From contig JAFGPL010000029.1 in the NCBI GenBank assembly GCA_016936215.1, positions 1 to 63,175 on the forward strand: DNA of 63,175 nt, written 5' to 3'. Shown in pieces: positions 51,106-60,786 of this stretch; the stretch's first letter is position 1, and every line of letters begins with the position of its first letter. Below the pieces are notes generated by a model. The model was given only the letters and a program-made list of their open reading frames with translations. It did no database searches and was not told the DNA's origin. The position numbers were made by a program, and so were the translations under genes. Source of the stretch: Bacteroidales bacterium. Lineage in GTDB: Bacteria > Bacteroidota > Bacteroidia > Bacteroidales > UBA10428.

Positions 51106-52053
51106 TTAAAACGGGAGCTTTGAAAGGTCAACATTACCGCCGCTCAGGATAATGCCTGTTTTTTTGCCCCTGAAGGCTTCAGGATTTTCTATTATTGCAG
51201 CCAGCGGAACTGCCGACGACGGCTCAACGATAATTTTCATCAACTGCCAGATAAGTTTCATGGCCTCAACAATAGAGGCTTCAGAAACAGTAAAAATGTC
51301 ATCTGTATATTTTGATATAATTGTAAAGGTAAGTTCGCTAAGTGCAGTAAGCAAACCATCTGCAATGGTGTTTGGTTTCAGTGGCGGCTGGAGGATACCA
51401 CTTTTCAGCGATCTGTATGCATCATCGGCATTTTTTGGTTCGGCACCATAAACAATAATTTCTGACCGTACAGACTTTGCCGCAATAGACGTGCCACCCA
51501 GCAATCCACCCCCGCCCACAGGCGCCATGACAATGTCGGTACCGGAGCAATGATTTAACAATTCAAGAGTTGCGGTACCCTGGCCACAAACCACATTGAA
51601 ATCATCGAAAGGGTGAATAAATACTGAACCGGTCCTTTTTACAACCTGTTTAAGTGTTGACTCTCTCGATTCTAATGTAGGTTCACAAAAGGTTATTTCC
51701 GCACCATAATTTTTAACGGCCTTAATTTTTGTTTCAGGGGCAGATGAAGGCATAACCACATAGCATTTGATACCTCTGATAGCAGCCGCCAGGGCAAGCG
51801 CGGCTGCATGATTGCCGGAAGAGTGTGTAGCCACGCCTTTACCAGCCTCTTTGGCTGATAATGCCATGATAGCATTTGTTGCCCCCCTGTATTTGAAAGC
51901 CCCTGCTTTCTGAAAATTTTCACACTTGAAATATATGTCACTGCCGGTTATTCGATTGATCGTTTGGGAAGTATGCACCGGAGTTTCATGAACAAAAGGA
52001 CGGATGCGCTTATACGCAGCCTGTATATCTGAAAGTGTTGGTATTGAGGGCAT
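51106..52053 (-). CDS. PLP-dependent serine racemase / serine-threonine dehydratase family enzyme
   Basis: FKCENFQKAGAFKYRGA, HSSGNH, VGGGGL, TIADGL, SGGNVD. Confidence 0.9.
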   Translation of the reverse strand: MPSIPTLSDIQAAYKRIRPFVHETPVHTSQTINRITGSDIYFKCENFQKAGAFKYRGATNAIMALSAKEAGKGVATHSSGNHAAALALAAAIRGIKCYVVMPSSAPETKIKAVKNYGAEITFCEPTLESRESTLKQVVKRTGSVFIHPFDDFNVVCGQGTATLELLNHCSGTDIVMAPVGGGGLLGGTSIAAKSVRSEIIVYGAEPKNADDAYRSLKSGILQPPLKPNTIADGLLTALSELTFTIISKYTDDIFTVSEASIVEAMKLIWQLMKIIVEPSSAVPLAAIIENPEAFRGKKTGIILSGGNVDLSKLPF

Positions 52054-52903
52054 AGTTATCGTAAGTTTGAATACTGCTCTTCTTTTTTAATTCCTTATAT
52101 TGCTCATATTTCTCAAGCACCTTAACCAGAATTTCGTACTGGCTGCTAAATTGCAGAAACTTCTGACTGAATTTGCAATATAACATAAATTCATCGAGTT
52201 CCTGGTCTTTTAAACCGGTTAAATCTGCTACTACCTGGCGATTATATTTCTTATCTATTTCATACTGAATGCTTTCTTTATTCATCATCTCTTTTAGTTT
52301 CAGCCGCTGTTTTTCTTCAGGTGAAAGTATGGGCGCTGCCATTAGGTTTCCTCCTTCTGCCGCCTTTTTCATTGAAAGATAATACTTTGCTTCTTGTCCA
52401 ATATCTATGGCAATAGCCTGAAGATTGCTGCGCAGGATGTCGGTTTCTGTTTTGGGTATCTCTGTCTTACGGAATTTTTCCCTGAATTTGGAGTAAGACG
52501 TTATTCCAAATACTTCTACCTCAGCTATTTCATAATACCTTGGAGCCAAAAGGATTTCAATATCGCCGTTCATGGTACTTTTATCAAGAACAATAAATTT
52601 GCCAAGATATCCTATAACACTAAATACAAGGGTATCGTTCAGCCCTGCCCTGATTGTGAACCTGCCCGAAGTATCTGAAAGCACCGACAGACGCTGGCTT
52701 TCATTGAGTACATGCACAAATGAAATACCTTTGGAAACATCACTGTCAATTATACGGCCTGAAACATAACCGGGGCTTTGCGTTACCTTTTGTGAATACA
52801 GGGAATGAATAGTAAGGCAAGCAATAAACGAAAAAAATACTATCCGGTAAACCAATTTCAACGTAAAACATTTTTTTTCAAAATTACGATACATGTTTTC
52901 CAA
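52010..52903 (-). CDS. Exported protein with CarboxypepD_reg-like N-terminal domain
   Basis: Signal peptide, VSGRIID...SDTSGRFTI...DTLVFSVIGY...IAEVEV; start uncertain. Confidence 0.75.
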   Translation of the reverse strand: MENMYRNFEKKCFTLKLVYRIVFFSFIACLTIHSLYSQKVTQSPGYVSGRIIDSDVSKGISFVHVLNESQRLSVLSDTSGRFTIRAGLNDTLVFSVIGYLGKFIVLDKSTMNGDIEILLAPRYYEIAEVEVFGITSYSKFREKFRKTEIPKTETDILRSNLQAIAIDIGQEAKYYLSMKKAAEGGNLMAAPILSPEEKQRLKLKEMMNKESIQYEIDKKYNRQVVADLTGLKDQELDEFMLYCKFSQKFLQFSSQYEILVKVLEKYEQYKELKKKSSIQTYDNYALNTNTFRYTGCV

Positions 52904-52961
52904 AAAAAGAAATTAAGGTTAAAAAGTGTTAAATCAATGAAATTGCAATAATCGGACATTT

Positions 52962-53273
52962 TTATGCTTTGATATACAACCACGATTGCTTGCCGCTAAG
53001 AAGTTTTACCCGGATTCTTTTGTAAGCATCAGATTCATATACATCAAGTTTTTCGAGTTCAGCTTCGCTAACCATAAAGGTTGCCCCTCTTATCTTATCC
53101 CTGCTGAGAGGTTCATGAATAGCTGCCGGATAAAAAATTCCGTTGAGTTTTACCATTTCAACCCGAAAACCTGTAAGAAAATCCTCTTCAATGTTTGTTT
53201 CCCTCAGAATAATTGATTTTCTTTTTTCGGGATTTTTTAGTGTGCCATATGCAAAAACCCGGTGCAAAGTCAT
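52962..53273 (-). CDS. Gamma-glutamylcyclotransferase (AIG2-like)
   Basis: VFAYGTL and LEKLDVYE..AYKR. Confidence 0.85.
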   Translation of the reverse strand: MTLHRVFAYGTLKNPEKRKSIILRETNIEEDFLTGFRVEMVKLNGIFYPAAIHEPLSRDKIRGATFMVSEAELEKLDVYESDAYKRIRVKLLSGKQSWLYIKA

Positions 53274-53418
53274 TATTCAATGTAAAAATATTGTGAACCA
53301 AAAAGATTCTTAGTACGGGCCATTCATAAATAATTATGTATAATACAGTTTAAATTTACGTACTTTGCATGTAAAACATATTACATTTTAAAATGTTAGT
53401 TAATTAAAATGAAACAAG

Positions 53419-53829
53419 ATGAAAGTCACTGCATGCAGAAAAGCCCATTTTAATGCGGCCCACCAGTTAATTAACATAAACTGGGATGAGAAAAAAAATA
53501 AAAAGATTTATGGTGTATGCAGCAATCCTAATTATCACGGGCATAATTACGACCTTATAGTGAAAGTAAAAGGCGAAATTGACCCCGGATCGGGGTATGT
53601 AATTGATATGAAAGTTTTAAAAAATATTATTGAAAAGAATATTATCAAAAAATTTGACCATAAGAACCTGAATATCGAAGTAGAGGAATTCAGGAGCCTG
53701 AACCCTACTGCAGAAAATATTGCCGTTGTTATCTGGAATATCCTTAGAAAAAAAATCAACAAACGATTTGAAATTCAGGTGATTTTATATGAAACCGAAA
53801 GAAATTTCGTGGAATATTCCGGGGAATAA
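53419..53829 (+). CDS. 6-pyruvoyl-tetrahydropterin synthase family (T-fold), CX5HGH type
   Basis: [32 protein letters not shown]. Confidence 0.88.
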   Translation: MKVTACRKAHFNAAHQLININWDEKKNKKIYGVCSNPNYHGHNYDLIVKVKGEIDPGSGYVIDMKVLKNIIEKNIIKKFDHKNLNIEVEEFRSLNPTAENIAVVIWNILRKKINKRFEIQVILYETERNFVEYSGE

Positions 53830-53866
53830 CATTGATGAAAAAGAACAGATAAGATTTAAATCATCC

Positions 53867-54163
53867 ATGGCTTTATTCGAAAAGTTGAAACAGATAGTAA
53901 ATTTCATTTTCATTATTCCTATAAGGATATACCAATATACGATATCGCCTTTATTACCAAATAGTTGCAGGCATATACCTACCTGTTCGGAATATGCAGT
54001 TGAAGCAATCAGGGTGCACGGAATTTTTAAAGGCAGTTGGCTTGCTTTAAGGAGGATACTTCGTTGCCATCCATGGGGCACCTATGGTTACGACCCGGTA
54101 CCACCACCGAAGCCAAAAAAGGTTCAAAAAAAAACAAGCCCATCAGTCAGTAATCAGCGCTGA
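53867..54163 (+). CDS. yidD: Membrane protein insertion efficiency factor YidD
   Basis: [32 protein letters not shown]; ATG 53867 preferred. Confidence 0.92.
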   Translation: MALFEKLKQIVNFIFIIPIRIYQYTISPLLPNSCRHIPTCSEYAVEAIRVHGIFKGSWLALRRILRCHPWGTYGYDPVPPPKPKKVQKKTSPSVSNQR

Positions 54164-55167
54164 TTATCAAGTATTTCAAGACTCAATACAATAGCCTCAA
54201 CCTGGCGCAGGTAAGATCGTTTATCTTCACCAGCGGCAAATACAAATCCTTCAACGGTTATAATCTTGTTCCTTTTTTCATCAAGAGTGGTTATGCTTAT
54301 GAACGGGCCACCCATCGAGACTCCTTTTTCCATCCTCCATAAGCCTTTCAGTTCTGCGACATAATGTTTTCCGCGCAACAGATACTGATTAAAGACAGGG
54401 CCAAACAACGTTTCTGTTGTCATGTATGATCCTTCGACTTCACCCTGGACATATTTTTTTAGCAACGAATTTCTTTTTTCTATCAGGTACCCCGGGGTAA
54501 ATGTATTGGTATCTGTATAACTATATTCATAAACAAAAATACCGAGTGTTACAGCCCCTATTTCGTGGTATAACCACACAAAATCACCAGAATCAATGTT
54601 GGTTTTATATTCCCTGGGCACATACAGGGTGATGTTGTACTTATCTTTCAGGCTATTGAATATGCGTTCGTTCAGGTTGTTCTTGAAATGCTCTGTAAGC
54701 CTGTTTCTTTCAGCATCTTCAAGCAGCGCAAGAATCTTTCCCTTATTGTCATTAATGAGTTTGACAAACGCTGAATCGTCTTTTGCATAAAGGTTGAATA
54801 ATATTTGTGATTTAGAGTATACTTCATTTTGAACAACAACTTTCGGGTCTTTGTATTTTCCATCAATATTTACCTTCAAAATATTTCTAAAGGGTTGTAA
54901 AACCGAATTAAATGCGCTATGCGGCACAAACATCAAATCATATAAAGGTTCGTACTGTGGCAAAACCTGCACGGGTTCTTCAAAAATTTTTCTTATCTCT
55001 TCGCCGGGGCGTGTGTCCCAGTCAGATTTATCTATCACAATAGCGAGGTCGCCAGGCAGACCTGTAACTGATGGCAGCATAGGCTTTTTTTCTGTAGGCT
55101 TGCATGTTGCCATTAGAATCACTATCGGAAAGATTGCAGCTATTTTGATTATTTTAAGGCTTCTCAT
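54154..55167 (-). CDS. DUF4837-like lipoprotein
   Basis: Lipobox MAT-C22, LPQYEP, KGLWRM, MGGPF, VEGFVFA; located downstream of the MltD-like gene. Confidence 0.75.
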   Translation of the reverse strand: MRSLKIIKIAAIFPIVILMATCKPTEKKPMLPSVTGLPGDLAIVIDKSDWDTRPGEEIRKIFEEPVQVLPQYEPLYDLMFVPHSAFNSVLQPFRNILKVNIDGKYKDPKVVVQNEVYSKSQILFNLYAKDDSAFVKLINDNKGKILALLEDAERNRLTEHFKNNLNERIFNSLKDKYNITLYVPREYKTNIDSGDFVWLYHEIGAVTLGIFVYEYSYTDTNTFTPGYLIEKRNSLLKKYVQGEVEGSYMTTETLFGPVFNQYLLRGKHYVAELKGLWRMEKGVSMGGPFISITTLDEKRNKIITVEGFVFAAGEDKRSYLRQVEAIVLSLEILDNQR

Positions 55168-55245
55168 CTGTGTATCGTTTTTGTCAATTAACATTTACTC
55201 ATTTAAAACAGGATTTATAATTTTATACAACTTTCATGCCAATGC

Positions 55246-56436
55246 CTATTGTGAAAAATTTTTCTGATAAAATGACTTGTCAACCCATACAATAAGCTTT
55301 TGACCGGGAACGAGCGAATTATCATGCAGGTTGTTCCATGTTTTAATATTTTCGATGGAACAGTTATATTTCATGGCAATTTTATGAAAAAAGTCCCCTT
55401 TTTGAACTGTGTAAGTTATTTTTACCTTATTATCATAATAGTTTGCCTCGTCAAGCATGGTTAAGTAATTTGCCGCTGCTGGTTCATTGCCAAGGATGCG
55501 TGACTCGTTTCGAATAAATTCAAGTACTTTTTCTTTTGGGAGAATGAGAAGCGCATGCCCGGCCATGTCGGGGATGATATCGCACTTATATACAGGATTA
55601 AGATACCGCAACGTTTCAAGAGGTATATCAATCTTTTCTGTTATTTGCTTAAAGGTGATGTAATAATCTATTTTAAGGGTATCGAGGTCAAAAAAATTAT
55701 ATTCAGGGGCGACAGGAATTATATGATGTTCCGGATAAAAATTCATGAGGTAACAGGCCGCGATAAATGCAGGCACATAATTCTGTGCCTGATGAGAAAG
55801 ATAGGGTCTGAGCTGCCAGTAGTCCATTTTGCCCTTGCTGCGCTCTATGGCTTTTCTCACATCGCCCGGCCCGCCGTTGTATGACGACAATACCAGTTGC
55901 CAGTCGTTGAAAGTACCATAGAGGTATTGCAGGTACCTGCATGCAGCATCGGTTGATTTATAAACATCTCTCCGTTCATCAATGTATGAATTAACCTCAA
56001 GGTCGAACAACCGGCAGGTATTGAGCAAAAACTGCCAAAGCCCGACAGCGCCCGACTTTGAAACAGCAAAAGGGTTCAAAGCTGACTCAACAATTGTAAG
56101 GTACTTTAACTCAAGCGGGAGGTCGTACTTGGCAAGCATTTCGTCAAAAACCGGGAAATAAAGCTGTGATAACCCAATGATCTTTGCAAATTCTTCCCTC
56201 CTTTGAACAGCGTAAATGTCAATATATTTTTTTACCGCTTCGTTGTACTCTAACTCAATTGGTGTTTTTTTATTGAGTTCAGCTATGCGGTATTCGTAAA
56301 ATATATCAGGATAATCCGGTATTTGGGCCTCATCTGCCTGATGGGTTTTTACAGTTTCATAACCCTGTTCTTCATGCTGTGCAGCAGTTCTGAAAATAAA
56401 TGAAAAGAAAAAAAATATTAAAATTATTATACGCAT
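55246..56436 (-). CDS. MltD-like lytic transglycosylase with C-terminal LysM
   Basis: IVES (catalytic Glu), GAVGLWQF, DERRD, SYNGGPG, YVP; LysM YTVQKGD...WNNL. Confidence 0.92.
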   Translation of the reverse strand: MRIIILIFFFFSFIFRTAAQHEEQGYETVKTHQADEAQIPDYPDIFYEYRIAELNKKTPIELEYNEAVKKYIDIYAVQRREEFAKIIGLSQLYFPVFDEMLAKYDLPLELKYLTIVESALNPFAVSKSGAVGLWQFLLNTCRLFDLEVNSYIDERRDVYKSTDAACRYLQYLYGTFNDWQLVLSSYNGGPGDVRKAIERSKGKMDYWQLRPYLSHQAQNYVPAFIAACYLMNFYPEHHIIPVAPEYNFFDLDTLKIDYYITFKQITEKIDIPLETLRYLNPVYKCDIIPDMAGHALLILPKEKVLEFIRNESRILGNEPAAANYLTMLDEANYYDNKVKITYTVQKGDFFHKIAMKYNCSIENIKTWNNLHDNSLVPGQKLIVWVDKSFYQKNFSQ

Positions 56437-56472
56437 GAAGAAGGTATCAGGATAAAAACTTTATTCGAATAT

Positions 56473-56507
56473 AAAAAAAATACCTGTCTGTAGATGACAG
56501 ACAGGTA
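56473..56507 (-). terminator. Intrinsic terminator downstream of tatA
   Basis: Perfect 11-bp stem TACCTGTCTGT/ACAGACAGGTA followed by T8 on the minus strand. Confidence 0.85.
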
Positions 56508-56527
56508 CCATATTTTTTATCTCCACA

Positions 56528-56734
56528 TTAATTGGAATTTTTTTCTATCGTGCCCGGGGTTTTGGGTTCATCAGCCTCATCACCTTTCGAAGCCTTCTTG
56601 AATTCGCGCATTCCCTGCCCAAGGCCTTTCATAAGTTCGGGAATTTTTCTGCCGCCAAAAAGAAATAGCAACGCCAGAATTATGAGAATGATTTCGGTTG
56701 GACCTGGAAGCCCTAATATGATTGTCAGGTTCAT
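56528..56734 (-). CDS. tatA: Twin-arginine translocase TatA/TatE
   Basis: TM then LFGGRKIPELMKGLGQGMREFKKA; TAACTTTG promoter element at 56767-56760. Confidence 0.95.
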   Translation of the reverse strand: MNLTIILGLPGPTEIILIILALLFLFGGRKIPELMKGLGQGMREFKKASKGDEADEPKTPGTIEKNSN

Positions 56735-56801
56735 AATTATTTTATTTATTTCACTTTGTCAAAGTTACGAATAATTTAATATGTTGGCTGTGCAATGTCA
56801 T

Positions 56802-58157
56802 CTATTTCCCAAACCAGTTTTGCAGACCCCTGACGAGATCATTACCATTTGCATAAAGAAGTAAGGTTAAAAGAATGATCATGCCGGTAATTTGCGCATA
56901 TTCCATAAATTTATCGCTGGGTTTACGCCCGGTAATCATTTCGTATAAAAGAAATGTTACATGTCCCCCGTCAAGCGCCGGTATGGGTAGGATATTCATA
57001 AAGGCGAGAATAAGCGACAGGAATGCAGTTATTTCCCAAAAAGCCTGCCATTCCCATGTTGGGGGGAACAGCCCGCCGATAGAACCGAATCCGCCAAGGC
57101 CTTTGTAAGCGCCTGTTTTAAAATTAAATATAAGTTTGAACTGCTTGATGTAAAAACCCAGTTTTTCTTTCGCCATGCGGAGGCCGGCAGGTATTGATTC
57201 TAAAAACGAGAATTTTTTCACTTCAAAATCGTAAATGCCCAGCTTCTCCATCTCATCATAATCGGGAAAAGTAACAGATACCCCTAACCGTCCTTCATTA
57301 TCGATCCTCCCGGCCAACAGCAGCGTGTCATTGTCCCTGAGGACCCCAATCTGAACTGCCTGTCCTTTCAAAGTGTCGGCTATAGATTTAAACTGATCGT
57401 AGTATTTAAACTCTTGATTATTTAATGAAACCACCCGGTCAAGTGGTTTGAATTTTGTTTTGGCGTTGATGGAAGTATCAGGTATTTCAACAATGATAAA
57501 AGGCACCCTGGGATACAGAAGCAATGATTTTCTCTTATTGACGAGTTTACCGATAAAATCTTCAGGTATATTTATTTCCTTTATTTCTCCGTTCCTTTCA
57601 ACCAGTAATGAGCCTCCAAAAACAATTTCAGGAACTATATCCGAAAATTTTTTCGGCTCATTGCCGTTTATCGAAATAACCTTGTCCCCGTTTTCCAATC
57701 CAAGATTGGTGATCAGGGTATCGGTACACCATATACCATCGGTAAGGTTTTGGTTTGGAAGATACTTTTCACCCCAGGTGTATAATACAAAAGCATAGAT
57801 AATAATGCCTAGCACGAGGTTTACAGAAACACCCCCCAGCATAATCAACAGCCTTTGCCACGAAGGTTTGGACCGAAATTCGTATGGTTGGGGAGGTTTT
57901 TTGAGTTGCTCCTTATCCATTGATTCGTCAAGCATACCCGAAATTTTTACATAACCTCCGAAAGGCAGCCAGCCGATTCCATATTCGGTTTCACCTTTTT
58001 TAACCTTGAAGAGGGAAAACCAGGGGTCGAAAAAAAGATAAAATTTCTCAACCCGTGTTTTGAATAACCTTGCAAACAAAAAATGTCCCAGCTCATGAAG
58101 AATAACCAGAATAGACAAGCTCAGCAATAACTGGCCGATTTGAATAACTACACCCAT
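56802..58157 (-). CDS. rseP: RIP metalloprotease RseP
   Basis: HELGH, LPFGGYVKI, PDZ-like region, NILPIPALDGGH; follows dxr. Confidence 0.95.
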   Translation of the reverse strand: MGVVIQIGQLLLSLSILVILHELGHFLFARLFKTRVEKFYLFFDPWFSLFKVKKGETEYGIGWLPFGGYVKISGMLDESMDKEQLKKPPQPYEFRSKPSWQRLLIMLGGVSVNLVLGIIIYAFVLYTWGEKYLPNQNLTDGIWCTDTLITNLGLENGDKVISINGNEPKKFSDIVPEIVFGGSLLVERNGEIKEINIPEDFIGKLVNKRKSLLLYPRVPFIIVEIPDTSINAKTKFKPLDRVVSLNNQEFKYYDQFKSIADTLKGQAVQIGVLRDNDTLLLAGRIDNEGRLGVSVTFPDYDEMEKLGIYDFEVKKFSFLESIPAGLRMAKEKLGFYIKQFKLIFNFKTGAYKGLGGFGSIGGLFPPTWEWQAFWEITAFLSLILAFMNILPIPALDGGHVTFLLYEMITGRKPSDKFMEYAQITGMIILLTLLLYANGNDLVRGLQNWFGK

Positions 58158-58229
58158 TTATACTATTTAATATTATTATAAATTCCTGCAAAAATAAGAT
58201 GATAATTCAATTTCATCTATAATTAATCG

Positions 58230-59396
58230 TTAAAAAACAGTTTTCGCGGTAATAAGTTCCCGGGTTATGGTCCTGGATTCGCTATCCGAAGCGCAATAAT
58301 CGTCGAGCGAGGGATTTGGGATAAAAGAGATTTTGTGCATCACTTTTTCTATTATAGAGGGCATCTGGAGAAATTTCACTTTATCATTAAGAAATGCATT
58401 GACAACAATTTCATTGGCTGCATTGAGTATACACGGCATATTGCCACCCTTTCTTAGCGCTTCGAATGCCAGTTCAAGGTTTCTGAAAACAGAAGTGTCG
58501 GGTTTTTGAAATGTAAGTGAAGGGTAGTCGGCGAAATTGAATCTTGGGAAATCAGATTTCAAACGATCCGGAAAACCGAGGGCATATTGAATAGGCAGGC
58601 GCATATCGGGCAGTCCCATCTGCGCCTTCAGCGAACCATCGGTGAATTGCACCATAGAATGAATAATGGATTGAGGATGGATGATTACATCTATCTGATC
58701 GGGAGGCAGATCAAACAACCACCTGGCCTCAATTACTTCAAGGCCTTTGTTCATAAGCGATGCAGAGTCAATGGTAACTTTATTGCCCATGCACCAGTTT
58801 GGATGCTGTAAGGCCTCTTTTTTGGTAACATGTTCTAATGCTTCCCTTGTTTTACCCCTGAAAGGCCCTCCTGAAGCAGTAAGATAAATTTTTTCGATGC
58901 TTTTGGCAGGTTCACCAACCAGGCACTGGAAAATTGCTGAGTGTTCCGAATCAACAGGCAATATTTGTACATGGTTTTCGGCTGCTATTTTTTTAATATA
59001 TTCTCCGGCTACTACAAGCGTCTCTTTATTTGCAAGGGCAATGTCTTTACCAGATTTAACAGCCTCCACGGTAGGAAGAAGCCCCGAGTATCCCACCATG
59101 GCTGTAAGTACCATATCAATTTCTTCAAGACCTGCGGCCTTCACAATAGTATCAAAACCGGCTGCAACGTTTACAGGCAGGTGCGCAAGTGCATCTCGCA
59201 CATAGGCGTATTTACTTTCATTACCAATTACCACATGCCGGGGAACAAACCGCAATGCCTGTTCTATAAGCAAGTCAGCGTTATTCCCGGCTGTAATTGC
59301 CATAAGTTCAAATGATTCAGGATTTTTATCAATAACTTCGAGTGCCTGTGTCCCGATTGAACCTGTTGATCCTAATACTGCAATACGTTTTTTCAT
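58230..59396 (-). CDS. dxr: 1-deoxy-D-xylulose-5-phosphate reductoisomerase
   Basis: LGSTGSIG, LANKE, PVDSEH, TASGGPF, HPNW, NKGLE. Confidence 0.98.
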   Translation of the reverse strand: MKKRIAVLGSTGSIGTQALEVIDKNPESFELMAITAGNNADLLIEQALRFVPRHVVIGNESKYAYVRDALAHLPVNVAAGFDTIVKAAGLEEIDMVLTAMVGYSGLLPTVEAVKSGKDIALANKETLVVAGEYIKKIAAENHVQILPVDSEHSAIFQCLVGEPAKSIEKIYLTASGGPFRGKTREALEHVTKKEALQHPNWCMGNKVTIDSASLMNKGLEVIEARWLFDLPPDQIDVIIHPQSIIHSMVQFTDGSLKAQMGLPDMRLPIQYALGFPDRLKSDFPRFNFADYPSLTFQKPDTSVFRNLELAFEALRKGGNMPCILNAANEIVVNAFLNDKVKFLQMPSIIEKVMHKISFIPNPSLDDYCASDSESRTITRELITAKTVF

Positions 59397-59420
59397 AAAA
59401 TTGCCTGAAGGACAAACAGT

Positions 59421-60287
59421 TTAAAATACGATATAGTCAAGCGGGTTGATAGGGGTCATGTTGTGCCAAAGCTCAAAATGAAGGTGAGGCCCTGTGGTAA
59501 GTTCGCCTGAATTACCAATAATGGCAATAGGGTCGCCGGCTTTTACAAAATCACCCTGGCGTTTTAACAATTCGGCATTATGCTTGTAAACCGACAGAAG
59601 GTTGTTGTCATGTTGCACCTGTATAACCCATCCTGTTTCAAGTGTCCACGATGACATGATAACCGTACCGTCTAGCGTGGCTTTAACAACAGCATTTGGT
59701 TCAGCCACCACATCAATCCCATAGTGATTGCTGGTGGTATTGAAAGTATTGGTTACAAGTCCTTTGATCGGGGAAAAGAAATGAGTTGTTGAAATAGAAG
59801 AAGATTTTCTTTTTGAAGTGGCATGTGAAATATTGAATTGTTCTTCCTGGGCGATCATCTGCCTCAGGATAGAGTCATCAGACGATTTACTAAATTCGAT
59901 GTTAACAGGTTTAACATTTGTATCGGCATAATTATCATAATTTTCCGGGTCTTCGCCGGATAAAATCCTGCGGATATTCTCGAAATACTTGTCCCTTTTG
60001 TTCATTTCAATTTCGAGCGAATCGAGTAAGATTTTATTTTTCTGAATGTTGACAATGGTATTCTCATCGGGGTATCCCGGAATAAATTCCCTTACCGGTG
60101 TATATGCTATTATGGAAATAACAATTGCAAGAAACAATATGGTGATGCCACCCACCAATGCAAAAACATTTAATTTGGACAACCTCAGGTTTAATACCTC
60201 TTCATAAGTTTCATCCCTGTATATTGAAAGTCTGTACTTATGCTTAAACTTTTCCAGAAATGATTTTCTGTTCTTCTTATCAGCCAT
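59421..60287 (-). CDS. M23 family metallopeptidase
   Basis: N-terminal TM, HYGID, YKH, TTGPHLHFELW. Start set at MADKK, since TATCTTTG at 60309-60302 lies within the longer track extension. Confidence 0.92.
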   Translation of the reverse strand: MADKKNRKSFLEKFKHKYRLSIYRDETYEEVLNLRLSKLNVFALVGGITILFLAIVISIIAYTPVREFIPGYPDENTIVNIQKNKILLDSLEIEMNKRDKYFENIRRILSGEDPENYDNYADTNVKPVNIEFSKSSDDSILRQMIAQEEQFNISHATSKRKSSSISTTHFFSPIKGLVTNTFNTTSNHYGIDVVAEPNAVVKATLDGTVIMSSWTLETGWVIQVQHDNNLLSVYKHNAELLKRQGDFVKAGDPIAIIGNSGELTTGPHLHFELWHNMTPINPLDYIVF

Positions 60288-60364
60288 TTTTGATTTTTTT
60301 ACAAAGATAAAAGATTTAAAGTAAATGAAATTCAAATTTCTCAACATGAAAATTGAATAAATGT

Positions 60365-60395
60365 TTTGTGTTTAAAAAAAGAAGCACTACCTTTG
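60365..60395 (+). promoter_or_regulatory. Promoter of tRNA-fMet
   Basis: Full consensus TTTG (60365-68)-N19-TACCTTTG (60388-95). Confidence 0.8.
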
Positions 60396-60444
60396 CTCAC
60401 CCTAAATATGGGTAAAAATCTGGTTCTTCTAAAATAAGATATAT

Positions 60445-60517
<73 letters not shown>

Positions 60518-60524
60518 CTACAAT

Positions 60525-60558
60525 AACCCTTGAAAGCCTTTGTTTTCAAGGGTTTTTT
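60525..60558 (+). terminator. Intrinsic terminator after tRNA-fMet
   Basis: Perfect 11-bp stem AACCCTTGAAA/TTTCAAGGGTT plus T-tract. Confidence 0.85.
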
Positions 60559-60652
60559 ATTTTATCAGTTACAACTCAGCTACAAAATACGAGTAAGTAA
60601 GAACCCAAAAAGAGTAAGAAAGAGCAAACTTATTATTCATAGTCAAAAAATT

Positions 60653-60786
60653 CTAATCTTCGTTTTTCACCACTTTTTTCAAGGTTGCTAATTCTTTTCT
60701 TGCCTCCCTCATGGCTTTATCAGCTTCTTTTGTCCTTTCCTTTACTTCTTTGTCTGATAGCAACCCAAATCACAATGACTAATCAT
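60653..60786 (-). pseudogene. Possible remnant of a small gene coupled to the helicase
   Basis: ATG 60786 overlaps the helicase stop; a different frame (60769-60653) gives a 38-aa charged helical run. Confidence 0.3.
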
